Shown piece after piece: positions 30,606 through 40,031 of a DNA stretch of 64,000 nt. The notes below the pieces were generated by a model. It saw only the letters and a list, made by a program, of their open reading frames with translations. It searched no databases and was not told the origin of the DNA. Where the stretch lies: the NCBI GenBank assembly GCA_003528115.1, contig DOGZ01000006.1, positions 64,076 through 128,075 on the forward strand. Reading direction: 5' to 3'. The position numbers and the translations under genes are program-made. Origin of the DNA: Candidatus Omnitrophota bacterium (GTDB lineage Bacteria > Omnitrophota > Gorgyraeia > Zapsychrales > Zapsychraceae). Within the stretch, counting starts at the first letter, position 1, and the number at the start of each line of letters is the position of its first letter.

Positions 30606-30626
30606 AATTTTTAAGTACTAGACCCT

Positions 30627-31127
30627 CTACACGTCCTTTACATCCTCGGTCATTTTTTCGATTTCTTTTTCAAGATCAACGTTGACCGGCGCCTCTTTTT
30701 TAACAGTTGTTTTGTTCCCAACCTTCTTAACCTGGCCTTTAGCTTTTCCCTTAATCATACCCTTGGCTTCTTTCTTCACCATCTTCGCCGGCGAAGAAAG
30801 AGAAGAAATTTCTTTTTTTTCTTGGCTTTCTTTCCTAGTTTTACTCTCGGCATGGCCTGTTTCGACGGATTCCATCCCCGCCTTAAAGGACTCCCCCATA
30901 TCTTTCGTGCTTTTCTTAACGGTCTTTTCCACCTTTTGAAACACGTCCCCGGCCTTCTCGCCGACCGTCTCACACAACTCCTGTGTTACGGAGACCATCT
31001 CTTTCCAAGGTTTCGTTTTCGCGACCTTGCCGAGCCCCATGACCTTCCGACAAAGGGTCCCTGTGCCGTAAGCAACGCTTTTCATGAAATTTTTTCCTAC
31101 AGCCTTTTTACTTTTTTCTTTTGTCAT
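30627..31127 (-). CDS. Lys-rich hypothetical protein
   Basis: ORF overlapping the stop codon of the upstream gene. Confidence 0.65.
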   Translation of the reverse strand: MTKEKSKKAVGKNFMKSVAYGTGTLCRKVMGLGKVAKTKPWKEMVSVTQELCETVGEKAGDVFQKVEKTVKKSTKDMGESFKAGMESVETGHAESKTRKESQEKKEISSLSSPAKMVKKEAKGMIKGKAKGQVKKVGNKTTVKKEAPVNVDLEKEIEKMTEDVKDV

Positions 31128-32347
31128 GCCGCCACCCCTTTTCGTCCCGGTATGAGTTTTTTTAATGCCTTCTCAGCCGCTTTTTTGACCTCTTCCTCTC
31201 TATCTGAAAGCAAATTTTTAATCGTAGTAAGCGCTCCTTCAGGCTTAACAACCGATAGCATTTCAATCAGGCTGATGCGTACATACGGACTCTCATCCGT
31301 CCATGCCATGATGGCCTTCCTGATGCCTTCCTCTCCGTGATAAATCCCCAGATACGTCACGGCCAGCCCTCGGATATGTTGATCGCTGTCCTTGAGGAAT
31401 CTTTCAAGGATCTTGCGGTACTTATCGCTCCCATGTCTCCCGAGGCTCTTAATCGCCGCTATCCTGACCTTCGCGTCGGGATCGCTTAAGCCTAATTCAA
31501 GAAAATCTTTACTCTCACCTTCCTTCATCCGAGAGATATTCTTTATTACCGCCAATCGAACACGGCTGCTGACATCCTTCATAGCAAATTCGTACACTTT
31601 TCGGAGAGCCTCTTTCCCAGTAACATGCGCAATCTGACTGACGCATATTTCGCGCTCGCGCTCGTTGCCCTTCTTAAGATGCTCAAGGTTTTTTTTAAAA
31701 AGTTTTTTTTCCGCATCAGAAGCAAAAATTGCCGTTTGGAAAATATTTTCAAGGATATCTTCGTCCCCAAATCCCTCTCGTGCAAGCGGGACGCTCCTCA
31801 CGCTTTCTTCTGCGACGGCCCTCTTCACTGCAACTTCTGCGGACACGCATTCCTCAGTGGCTGCCGCCGCGTTCTCCGCAGAAGGCAAGGATTCTTCTAC
31901 GACGTTCTGGACTGCGCCCGGTGAAACGAAGTTTTTTTGTTCCTCCTTCTCGGGCTCAAGCACCTTCTCGCATCGAGACGCCTCTTTATCAGATTCTTCT
32001 TCAACAACTTCTGAATCCTCCGTCTCGATGGGCTCTTCAGGATCCTCTACTTTTGGGGGTTCCTCTCCTTGTGAAGTTTCCTCTTCCACCGGTCGTTTTT
32101 CTTCCTCTTCAACTTCACTTTCCCCCACGGGATGCTCGTCGTCGTAAATCTCTTCAAACTTCTGTATCCTCTCCTGTAAATAATCCAAAAGTCTTACGAG
32201 TTTTTCCACCTCTTTTTCTTTCGCTTCCCCTTCAGAGGTGCCGAGGAACCGTACATCCTGAGATTTATAAAAATGATACATTATTTCTCCAAACAAGAAA
32301 ATTAATTTCTTCTGTTTGAGCTTTATTTCTTGTAAGTGTTGCGCCAT
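31124..32347 (-). CDS. HEAT-repeat protein with Glu-rich linker (Mad23-like)
   Basis: DPDAKVRIAAIKSL, DSDQHIRGLAV, DESPYVR, DREEEVKKAA; AGGAG RBS. Confidence 0.7.
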   Translation of the reverse strand: MAQHLQEIKLKQKKLIFLFGEIMYHFYKSQDVRFLGTSEGEAKEKEVEKLVRLLDYLQERIQKFEEIYDDEHPVGESEVEEEEKRPVEEETSQGEEPPKVEDPEEPIETEDSEVVEEESDKEASRCEKVLEPEKEEQKNFVSPGAVQNVVEESLPSAENAAAATEECVSAEVAVKRAVAEESVRSVPLAREGFGDEDILENIFQTAIFASDAEKKLFKKNLEHLKKGNEREREICVSQIAHVTGKEALRKVYEFAMKDVSSRVRLAVIKNISRMKEGESKDFLELGLSDPDAKVRIAAIKSLGRHGSDKYRKILERFLKDSDQHIRGLAVTYLGIYHGEEGIRKAIMAWTDESPYVRISLIEMLSVVKPEGALTTIKNLLSDREEEVKKAAEKALKKLIPGRKGVAA

Positions 32348-32366
32348 CAAGTTTCTCCTTTTATTG

Positions 32367-33257
32367 TCACAGCCATACTCTTTCAATTATCCTATGCGTT
32401 CCTAGGGCTAAAACGGCATACAACATAAACGCCAGGATAGAAGCGGATGATGTCATATTCATGATCATCGTTGTCAGAAGCGTCAAAGGTTTTTGTAATA
32501 GGGCTCCCCAGGCATGCGCGAGGTTTACGAAATACACATTATTCACCGCCTCACTCCTCGGCAGGGAATCAACGGTGTTTAACCATGCCTGCCATGCGGC
32601 GTGCTCCTCTGCGGTTAGCCGCTTAACCCGCGACGGTTTCTCAAACTGCGCAACCTGGACCTTCCAGCCCTCGTCTAAAAGAAGCTCATCTTTCATCTCC
32701 ACGAAATCTTCCGTCAACCCCTTAACAAATATCCTGCTTTCATAATCCGTAATCACAACCTGTTTTCCTTTGAACTGAACGCCAAAAGCTGTACCCCTTA
32801 CGCCGGCAATGGCCACCGGCGTACGCACCTCGAAGGTCGAACCTTTCTCGAGTTGATTCAACTTTAGCATAATTTCCCCTTTATCCATGAACAGATTCGT
32901 CTGCTTCTTTATCCTGGCGCTTTCGAGGACGACCCTGGAATTAGCGCCAATCCTCATGACATCCTTCCTCATGTCATCATAAGCCACTTCGACAAAAGAA
33001 CCATCGTCCGTCGTAATTTTATCCTGCGCGTTCAAAAACATGCCGACCTTCGGTGTTATTTTTTCATCAGCACGCTCGATCAAAACAGCACCTGACATCC
33101 TCAGGATATGGGCGTGATCCGGTGAATCATTGTAAAGAAAATTGACCGCCAAAAGGATTGCCAAAAGCGCGCCCCCAATTCTAATAAAAAGAGAATATCG
33201 CTCCATCAGTGAATCTTCCATTAATATCGGTCGGCTTTTCGCATGATTGACTGCCAT
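32367..33257 (-). CDS. FecR-domain membrane protein
   Basis: FEVRTPVAIAGVRGTAF; transmembrane helices at both ends. Confidence 0.75.
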   Translation of the reverse strand: MAVNHAKSRPILMEDSLMERYSLFIRIGGALLAILLAVNFLYNDSPDHAHILRMSGAVLIERADEKITPKVGMFLNAQDKITTDDGSFVEVAYDDMRKDVMRIGANSRVVLESARIKKQTNLFMDKGEIMLKLNQLEKGSTFEVRTPVAIAGVRGTAFGVQFKGKQVVITDYESRIFVKGLTEDFVEMKDELLLDEGWKVQVAQFEKPSRVKRLTAEEHAAWQAWLNTVDSLPRSEAVNNVYFVNLAHAWGALLQKPLTLLTTMIMNMTSSASILAFMLYAVLALGTHRIIERVWL

Positions 33258-33967
33258 TATTTTCCCCATAACATCTTCGAAAGCAGCGAGTTATCTTTGG
33301 ACTTCCCCTTTCCCTTTACTTTACTTTTCGCTGCAGGCACCTCATCTTCCGGCTCTACGATCCCATCGGATACTTCAGACTGTTCTTCAGCCAGCATCAC
33401 TGGTTCGGCCTCCCCCGAAGAAAAATATTTCTTTTGAGGATCAACTCCAACTCCCCGCAACTGAAAATTAAATTTAAAATCCTTCAACTCAAAAACGCGC
33501 TCAAGTTCAGCTTTAAGGACTTCCTCAATTTGGTTTAATTCCTGGTAAATCGAGGAAACGCCGTCAAGAGCGATGGCGATTTGAATCTCGATCTGTGTCC
33601 CTTTGCGTTCGAAATCAACGCCGATATCGCTCGCGCACGGATTCTGCTCGACGATCTGCTGGATAAAATTTCTGATTGCCGTCTGAGGAACATTTAAAGC
33701 TTTCCCGTTCTTTTCAACCTCGATCATTTGGGGTGCCGGTTTAGCCCTAGAGGAGATGACCAGAAGGATAAATCCTAAAAGGACAAAAAATAACCCTACC
33801 CCGGAAATTGTCGCGAGGGCTTTCGGAACCGCGATCAAATGACTATAAAACGCCCCAAGCCTCTCCGGGGAGAGACGGCCTAATCCGAAGGCGATAAGCA
33901 CGAGACCTTCTAACATGCAGAGCGTCGCCGCAAACACCATAAATATTTTTATAAAAAAAGATTTCAT
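33257..33967 (-). CDS. AmaP-like membrane anchor protein
   Basis: Two N-terminal TM helices, G.LNVPQTAIRNFI, Asp23/AmaP-like fold pattern. Confidence 0.55.
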   Translation of the reverse strand: MKSFFIKIFMVFAATLCMLEGLVLIAFGLGRLSPERLGAFYSHLIAVPKALATISGVGLFFVLLGFILLVISSRAKPAPQMIEVEKNGKALNVPQTAIRNFIQQIVEQNPCASDIGVDFERKGTQIEIQIAIALDGVSSIYQELNQIEEVLKAELERVFELKDFKFNFQLRGVGVDPQKKYFSSGEAEPVMLAEEQSEVSDGIVEPEDEVPAAKSKVKGKGKSKDNSLLSKMLWGK

Positions 33968-33979
33968 CTCAATTCTTTC

Positions 33980-34324
33980 CTAAAGATCAAAAAGCAGCTC
34001 GCGGCACGACGGAGGGGTCTTAAGGCCCCCCTGCTTCTTCTCAATCCTTTCCTCAATGACTTTGGCTATCTTTTTGATATCCGCTTTGGGGCGCTGCGTA
34101 TCCTGCCGGCCTAGTTTGATCGCGGCCACTAAAGACAGGACCTTAACCATCTCCGCAAAAGACATCGCCTCGCAGATTTGATGGATGTCCTCCCGGAGAG
34201 TCGTATCAACGTCGAGACCATCCAACGCTCGGACGAATGGCGAGTTTTTATCGAGCTTACTGATTCCCGCCCGCGCGGCCTCGCTCAAAAAGGAGACCAG
34301 TTGTTGCTTGAGTTGTGCCTTCAT
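33980..34324 (-). CDS. hypothetical protein
   Basis: 114-aa ORF co-oriented with the cluster. Confidence 0.55.
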   Translation of the reverse strand: MKAQLKQQLVSFLSEAARAGISKLDKNSPFVRALDGLDVDTTLREDIHQICEAMSFAEMVKVLSLVAAIKLGRQDTQRPKADIKKIAKVIEERIEKKQGGLKTPPSCRELLFDL

Positions 34325-34452
34325 GATAATCAGGAGTTCGTGCGGAAAATACTCTCTTTAAATTCGTTGACTTTTTTTTGACTATCCCACCAAGACATCA
34401 TAATCTTTATCATAAACGACGAAAAGGCGCTAATCACAGTTAGAGCACGAAT

Positions 34453-35058
34453 TTATTTGGGTTGCCCAATAGGCGTAAAGCCTTCCATCTCACCTTCTCC
34501 GATTGTAAGAACACCTTGTTTTTTTCTCGAACTCCGCATGAAAGAAATCTTATAATCTTTTTCCGGAGGGGCCTTGGCAACAAGATCCTGGAAATGCGCA
34601 AGGCTGGTAATCTTTTTTGTATCAAATGAGAGGAGAATATCCCCGGCCTTTAATCCTGCCTTGTCCGCCCATGAATTCCCCATCACGCCGGTGATTTTGA
34701 CCTTGCCTCCACCAACGGGGATGACCTCAGCACCCATTTGTTTTATAAGCACAGGCGCCTGCTGTCCCGGGAAAAGAACCGGTGCGCCGGCCATCGCTGC
34801 CTGCTGCATCATGCCGCCCTGATAGGGATAATACCCTTGACCACCCTGGTTAGGGTAATACCCTTGACCCTGTTGCGGTAGCGGATAATACGCGGCAGGT
34901 GAATACGCGCTTTGCTTCAACATGTCCGCCGTGGTTATCTCATGCAACGTTTCTTCAACCGCATACTGTGCCCTATCGTTACTAAAGAGCGCTATAACGA
35001 GCATGACGAGAAACGCCACCCCACATATACTTATAATAACTTCCTTCTTCATCATCAC
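34453..35058 (-). CDS. membrane-anchored PDZ protein (MamE-Cter-like) with GQGYYP repeats
   Basis: TM, Q/G/Y-rich linker, SWADKAGLKAGDILLSFD. Confidence 0.7.
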   Translation of the reverse strand: MMMKKEVIISICGVAFLVMLVIALFSNDRAQYAVEETLHEITTADMLKQSAYSPAAYYPLPQQGQGYYPNQGGQGYYPYQGGMMQQAAMAGAPVLFPGQQAPVLIKQMGAEVIPVGGGKVKITGVMGNSWADKAGLKAGDILLSFDTKKITSLAHFQDLVAKAPPEKDYKISFMRSSRKKQGVLTIGEGEMEGFTPIGQPK

Positions 35059-35116
35059 TCCTTTTTATCAGAAAGCCTTCAGCTTTCATCTGGAGGCTAA
35101 TAACGATTACCGCTAA

Positions 35117-35299
35117 TTACGTGCCTTGCGGGTGATCCTGACGGCCTAACAAAAAATAAAGGATCATCCCTATCAAGGGCAGAATAAAAATCAGTACGCT
35201 CCAGAGAATTTTTTTTGCCATCGGCAGATATCCACGTAACACATCCACAATGACGCCAATCACCAGAAGAACGTAAAAAACGCCTAATAAAGATTCCAT
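35117..35299 (-). CDS. small PLDc_N-type membrane protein
   Basis: KILWSVLIFILPLIGMILYFLLGR; GGAGG RBS. Confidence 0.75.
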   Translation of the reverse strand: MESLLGVFYVLLVIGVIVDVLRGYLPMAKKILWSVLIFILPLIGMILYFLLGRQDHPQGT

Positions 35300-35333
35300 G
35301 GCTTTCCCTCCTTCTTTTTATTGTTGTTGATCC

Positions 35334-36347
35334 TTACGGCGCTAAAAATAATTTTATGGCAAGCACTACCAAAATAATTACGAACAAATAAAGCGTTACT
35401 TTCGTATTTAGCTTCGGCGCAATGCGCGCGCCGGCCTGGGCGCCAGCCACTACACCAATCCCCATCCAAAGGGCCTCGGCATACATGACATTACCCAAAA
35501 AAACATGGGGCAAAAGAGCGATCGCGCAGGTAAGCAGCGTTACAAAATGGCTCGTCGCCGTGGCGACATGCGAAGGATAATTCAAAAGAAAAATCAGAAT
35601 CGGCACCTGAAACACGCCTCCGCCGATACCTAAAAACCCGCAAAAAAAACCCAGCAAAATGTTCATCGATATGCCCAGTCCATCGTTCGCGTAAAAATCA
35701 TACTTGACACCGAATTGGTCGATGAATTTCACCCGTCGGAACCCTGAGGCCTTAGCTTCTTTAAGATATTTCTGCTTTTGATCGGTTGTCTTATCTATCC
35801 TGCCGACGCTAAAAAAAGTATACACGGCTAAAAAAATCAAAAAGATTCCGAAGATATGGTCAAAAAACGTAAGATTAACAAGATGATGGGTAAAGCTGGA
35901 TATCAGGGCTCCCGGCATTGCTGCGAGCGTAAACTTTATACCGCCCGTATAATCTATCCTTTTTTGCGCGGCATATCCGGCGCATCCGGATGAGGCGTTT
36001 AATAAGACGATAAAAAGCGATGTGGCAACAAGAAGCTCATTCTCCCACCCATAAAAGAAAACCAAAAGCGGCAGAATAATGGGTCCCCCGCCTATTCCGA
36101 CGATCGTTCCATAACAGCCGATAGCCAAACCCGTTATAAGTAAAATCCACCAGGCCGGTTGATCAGCAGCGACGGTCGGGGAGAGCTGTCCAGCCGGTTG
36201 CGCGATGGCCGGAATCTGCAGAGACGGCGGGACACGCGATGTGGATGAGCTAAACATCGCAAAAAGGGCAAGGATCACGAACAAACCCGTGAGACCTATC
36301 TTTGTATAATCTGTCCAATCGTATACAACCTCATTCTTAACGCGCAT
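35334..36347 (-). CDS. mamO: magnetosome protein MamO C-terminal part (TauE/SafE family)
   Basis: GTIVGIGGG and GFLGIGGG repeats, ATATS; magnetosome-cluster context. Confidence 0.7.
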   Translation of the reverse strand: MRVKNEVVYDWTDYTKIGLTGLFVILALFAMFSSSTSRVPPSLQIPAIAQPAGQLSPTVAADQPAWWILLITGLAIGCYGTIVGIGGGPIILPLLVFFYGWENELLVATSLFIVLLNASSGCAGYAAQKRIDYTGGIKFTLAAMPGALISSFTHHLVNLTFFDHIFGIFLIFLAVYTFFSVGRIDKTTDQKQKYLKEAKASGFRRVKFIDQFGVKYDFYANDGLGISMNILLGFFCGFLGIGGGVFQVPILIFLLNYPSHVATATSHFVTLLTCAIALLPHVFLGNVMYAEALWMGIGVVAGAQAGARIAPKLNTKVTLYLFVIILVVLAIKLFLAP

Positions 36348-36360
36348 GCTGTAAATCTCC

Positions 36361-38163
36361 TTAAGGGATGATGCTTAAAAATATAATGTAAAAAGTCGAG
36401 AGCACAAGAATGACAATCGTTATCGGTATTCCCAGACGGCTGTAATTAGCGAAGGTCAGGCCTTCCTTTTTCTTCTGATCCGTCCCCAGTTCCTCAGCAA
36501 GAGTCTGAGCTATGATGCCCGCGCTGGCGCCTGAAATACACGCGCAGGCCCCTGCTATTGATCCTAAATTTAAAGCCCACCACACAACATCCGTAAAATC
36601 CGCGAATCCTGAATGCATGACAATAGGGACAAGAAACGCCGATGCCGGTCCGGAGCTCATCAGCGCCGTAAGAAGCGTCGTTACCAACATCAAAAAGATC
36701 GGATACAGAATCTTATTGCCCATCGACATCGCGATGAGACCATCAGAAACAACCTTTAGAAGTCCGGAGTACAACGCGCCGCCGACGATCAAAAAGAGCG
36801 CGAAAAAGAATAATATGTCCGTGAGGCTTATCTTTTTTATCACCTCTTTGGCCTTTTGGTTCTCGATGGCCAAAAGGATAAAAGCACCGCCCATGGCTAT
36901 CGGCGCAAGATGTATCTTAAAACTCGGTAAAACTATAAAGGCCAGAAGAACACACCCCAAGATAAAAAGGACTCTTTTAATGTTAGGCCAATCCATCTTC
37001 ATGGCGCCAACTTCTTGTTCGACTTTGCTGAGGAATGCTTTCTCCAGTTTAAGAGACTTGACTTTTCCCTTATGCCGCAACTCGAAAAACCACAGATACC
37101 AGAGAAAAACAGCTAAAAACACAGCGCATATAGGTCCCATGACGATGAGAAAATCCATGAACGTTAATCCCGCGCTCGAGGCCATCAGCATATTGGAAAA
37201 ATCTCCAATCGGGGTAATGTTTCCGCCGATAACGGAAGAAATGATTTCAGCAATAACAACGGTGACAGGCTCGAAGTTCAATCCCCGCGAGGCATAAATT
37301 GTTATGGGAATAATGACCAAAATAACCGACATATTGTTAACCAGCGCTGACGCGATAAAGGTCATGATACACAAAGAGAGGATCACCTTGACGGAGTCGG
37401 CTTTTGACGTGATGATGATTTTCTTTGAAACATACTCAAAAAACCGTAAATCCTCGAGAAATATGGTGAAAATACTCATTCCCATAAAGATGAAAATCGG
37501 GCTCATCCGGATAGAGTCGAACGCCTCGGTTTGGTTATAAAAACCAAAAACCGAACCGGCGACCAGCATAAGGACCGCGCCCAGCGTCACACACACCGTA
37601 CGATTAAAGAGATTTAAGAAAAGCATGGAAAAGGTAATAAAGACAATCACCAGGACGACTAATATATCCCTGCCATTGGGCCCAAAGATGTCGATGCCGG
37701 CATGGACGGGAATTTTATCGGCCATATTCATGATTCTGCCATTACGCCAAATAACAAAGCTGACCTTCTCACTTGGCTTACTCTGTGACATCAAATACGC
37801 GAGGTGATTGGCGGACTGGACATCAACGCCATTGTATTCGAGGATCACATCCCCGCGCCTGATATCGATAAGACGCCTGGCCGACCCTTTCGGGACATTG
37901 TTCACTAAAACCCCGCCCACATTAGAGAGATTAAATTCCTTGGCGATGATGGTATTGACGGTAATGACATCAAATTCAAGGGCATTGGTGCCGCCGGATT
38001 GAACCAGACGCGGTTTGCTGGATCGAGGCATATTTCTGGTATCTATAAAAAGCGCCGCGAGCACAACAATGACAACCAGGGCAATGGCCGCCTCCATAAA
38101 CGGAAAACTCTTGAAACGCTCCAATTTATCTTTTTGCAAAGATCTTGACCTACTCAAAGCCAT
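36361..38163 (-). CDS. mamN: PDZ domain fused to an ArsB/NhaD-family permease (MamN-like)
   Basis: IRRGDVILEYNG (PDZ); SALVNNMS, IGGNITPIGDFSN (IT superfamily). Confidence 0.6.
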   Translation of the reverse strand: MALSRSRSLQKDKLERFKSFPFMEAAIALVVIVVLAALFIDTRNMPRSSKPRLVQSGGTNALEFDVITVNTIIAKEFNLSNVGGVLVNNVPKGSARRLIDIRRGDVILEYNGVDVQSANHLAYLMSQSKPSEKVSFVIWRNGRIMNMADKIPVHAGIDIFGPNGRDILVVLVIVFITFSMLFLNLFNRTVCVTLGAVLMLVAGSVFGFYNQTEAFDSIRMSPIFIFMGMSIFTIFLEDLRFFEYVSKKIIITSKADSVKVILSLCIMTFIASALVNNMSVILVIIPITIYASRGLNFEPVTVVIAEIISSVIGGNITPIGDFSNMLMASSAGLTFMDFLIVMGPICAVFLAVFLWYLWFFELRHKGKVKSLKLEKAFLSKVEQEVGAMKMDWPNIKRVLFILGCVLLAFIVLPSFKIHLAPIAMGGAFILLAIENQKAKEVIKKISLTDILFFFALFLIVGGALYSGLLKVVSDGLIAMSMGNKILYPIFLMLVTTLLTALMSSGPASAFLVPIVMHSGFADFTDVVWWALNLGSIAGACACISGASAGIIAQTLAEELGTDQKKKEGLTFANYSRLGIPITIVILVLSTFYIIFLSIIP

Positions 38164-38243
38164 TGTTTTCTCCCGTCATTTTTCCTCATTTCCTTTTATG
38201 TGTGAAGGGAATGACCTGCCTCACCTGATTCGGCGGCCTCTCA

Positions 38244-39005
38244 TCAATTCGTCGATTTCTCCGCAGAATCGACTTGCATGGGAATAGGTTCTTTGAAATT
38301 TGGATCAATTTGTATTCGAACCGGTGTTTTAAGATCTTGATCCAGTTCCGCGTAATGAAACATTTCTTCCTTATATCCAAATATAAACGCGAAGAAACTC
38401 GCCGGAATCTGGCGAACACAAGCGTGAAAAACGCTGGCAGCCTTGTTATACTCCATGCGGCTGGCGGCAATGCGGTTTTCACTCTCAACAAGCGCGTCCA
38501 TCAATTTCTGAAAATTAGCGCTTAATTTAAGATCAGGGTACGCTTCGGCAATGGCCATGAATTTAGAAAGGGCATCTTCGATATTCCCCGCCTTCATTTT
38601 AGCCAATTCATTAAGGCCGTTCTTTTCGATCGCATTCAGGATCCTATCCGTCTTTTGCAAGGTGTCTGCCCGCTTGTCCGCCATATACTGGTACATCATA
38701 CGTTCATGCTGCGCATAAACAATAATCGTCTTGGCCAGATTAATCGCAAGATCTTTTCTCCTCTGGAGCTGTACCTCGATTTGGTGTTGCTCCATTTCTG
38801 TAAACCGCGAAAGTTGAATAAATTTGTTATGGTAATAAACGCCCAGGAGTATCATCACCACGGCCAGCAGAGAGGCCACAAGTCCTTCTTTCCTTTTTAA
38901 ATTACTGAAATTGATTTTTTGCCACCTATGTTTTCTTACCGGTTGGAACTCTTCCAAATCATTGGCAAAAAGTCTCTTGATTGTCTCTGATATCATCCTG
39001 CTCAT
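38244..39005 (-). CDS. mamQ: magnetosome protein MamQ (LemA family)
   Basis: VQLQRRKDL, AEAYPDLKLSANF, ENRIAASRMEYN. Confidence 0.85.
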   Translation of the reverse strand: MSRMISETIKRLFANDLEEFQPVRKHRWQKINFSNLKRKEGLVASLLAVVMILLGVYYHNKFIQLSRFTEMEQHQIEVQLQRRKDLAINLAKTIIVYAQHERMMYQYMADKRADTLQKTDRILNAIEKNGLNELAKMKAGNIEDALSKFMAIAEAYPDLKLSANFQKLMDALVESENRIAASRMEYNKAASVFHACVRQIPASFFAFIFGYKEEMFHYAELDQDLKTPVRIQIDPNFKEPIPMQVDSAEKSTN

Positions 39006-39164
39006 GGGTTTTTCTCCCGCCTTTTTTATTTTTTCATAACTGCCCGCAAAACACGTTCAACATAAAACCCTACACAATCGCAATTCATTTCAAAGTCGGA
39101 AATCCCCTGATAAACTCAGGCTTCCAAGCAAAGTCGCCGGCCACTCCGACCCCTCAAACATTTT

Positions 39165-40013
39165 TTAAACCCTGGGTCTGTATTTTTCCCCCCCCCCCCG
39201 CTTAACTCCTCGTTGGATTCTCTCCATATCCATTGCCTTCTTGAAGCACGCCACGGCGTCCTTATGACTGCCGGAATTTTCATACAAAAATCCAAGGGCT
39301 TGATAATATACCGCCTCTCGGGGTTCGAGGTCGATGGCTTTCTTATAAAAATTCTTAGCCTCTTCAATCTGTTCAATCTTCTCGTAACAGGTGCCTAGTT
39401 GATAATAGATGTCGCTATTATCCGGCTGGAGCTCGCTAGCCTTATTAAGAAAAATGATCGCTTCAGGATAATCTTCGCTCATAAAGAGGCAATCGCCGAG
39501 TTCGCTAATAATGTCCGGGTCATCTTTATTAAGTTTTTCCGCTTTTCGCAAATAGCGCATCGCCTCTTTAGTTTGGTCCATATTTTTGTGGCACATGGCA
39601 ATCATATAGAGAATCTCGGCATCGTTCTCTTTTCCATTTTCGATATACTCGAGAAAATAGTCCTTGGCCGTCTCGTAATCGCCCTTATCAAAGTATTTGT
39701 AGCCCAGCTCCTTGTTGAAATTAACTTTGTTTTCTGCGGGCCCAACAAAAATATTCTTGTAACCTTCCGTGAGGCCGTTAATGAGCCGCTCGGTCGTCGA
39801 AAGAGATGCGAAAGCGGCAACTTGTAACTTTTGGCCGAGGGAGGGATTTCTTTTTTCTTCTTTGCCCTTTTTGTTTTTTTCGGACTTCCTTACCGTTTTT
39901 TCTTCTTTCACTTCTTCGCCTTCGTCAACTGATTCCTCTTCTTCTACCTTATCGGTTATATTGCTGTCTTTCTTCATTTCGCCGTGCCGATGATATTTTT
40001 TAAGCTGTTCCAT
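39165..40013 (-). CDS. mamA: magnetosome TPR protein MamA
   Basis: About five TPR motifs; lies between mamB and mamQ. Confidence 0.8.
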   Translation of the reverse strand: MEQLKKYHRHGEMKKDSNITDKVEEEESVDEGEEVKEEKTVRKSEKNKKGKEEKRNPSLGQKLQVAAFASLSTTERLINGLTEGYKNIFVGPAENKVNFNKELGYKYFDKGDYETAKDYFLEYIENGKENDAEILYMIAMCHKNMDQTKEAMRYLRKAEKLNKDDPDIISELGDCLFMSEDYPEAIIFLNKASELQPDNSDIYYQLGTCYEKIEQIEEAKNFYKKAIDLEPREAVYYQALGFLYENSGSHKDAVACFKKAMDMERIQRGVKRGGGEKYRPRV

Positions 40014-40031
40014 ATTTCCTCCATGCGTTTA

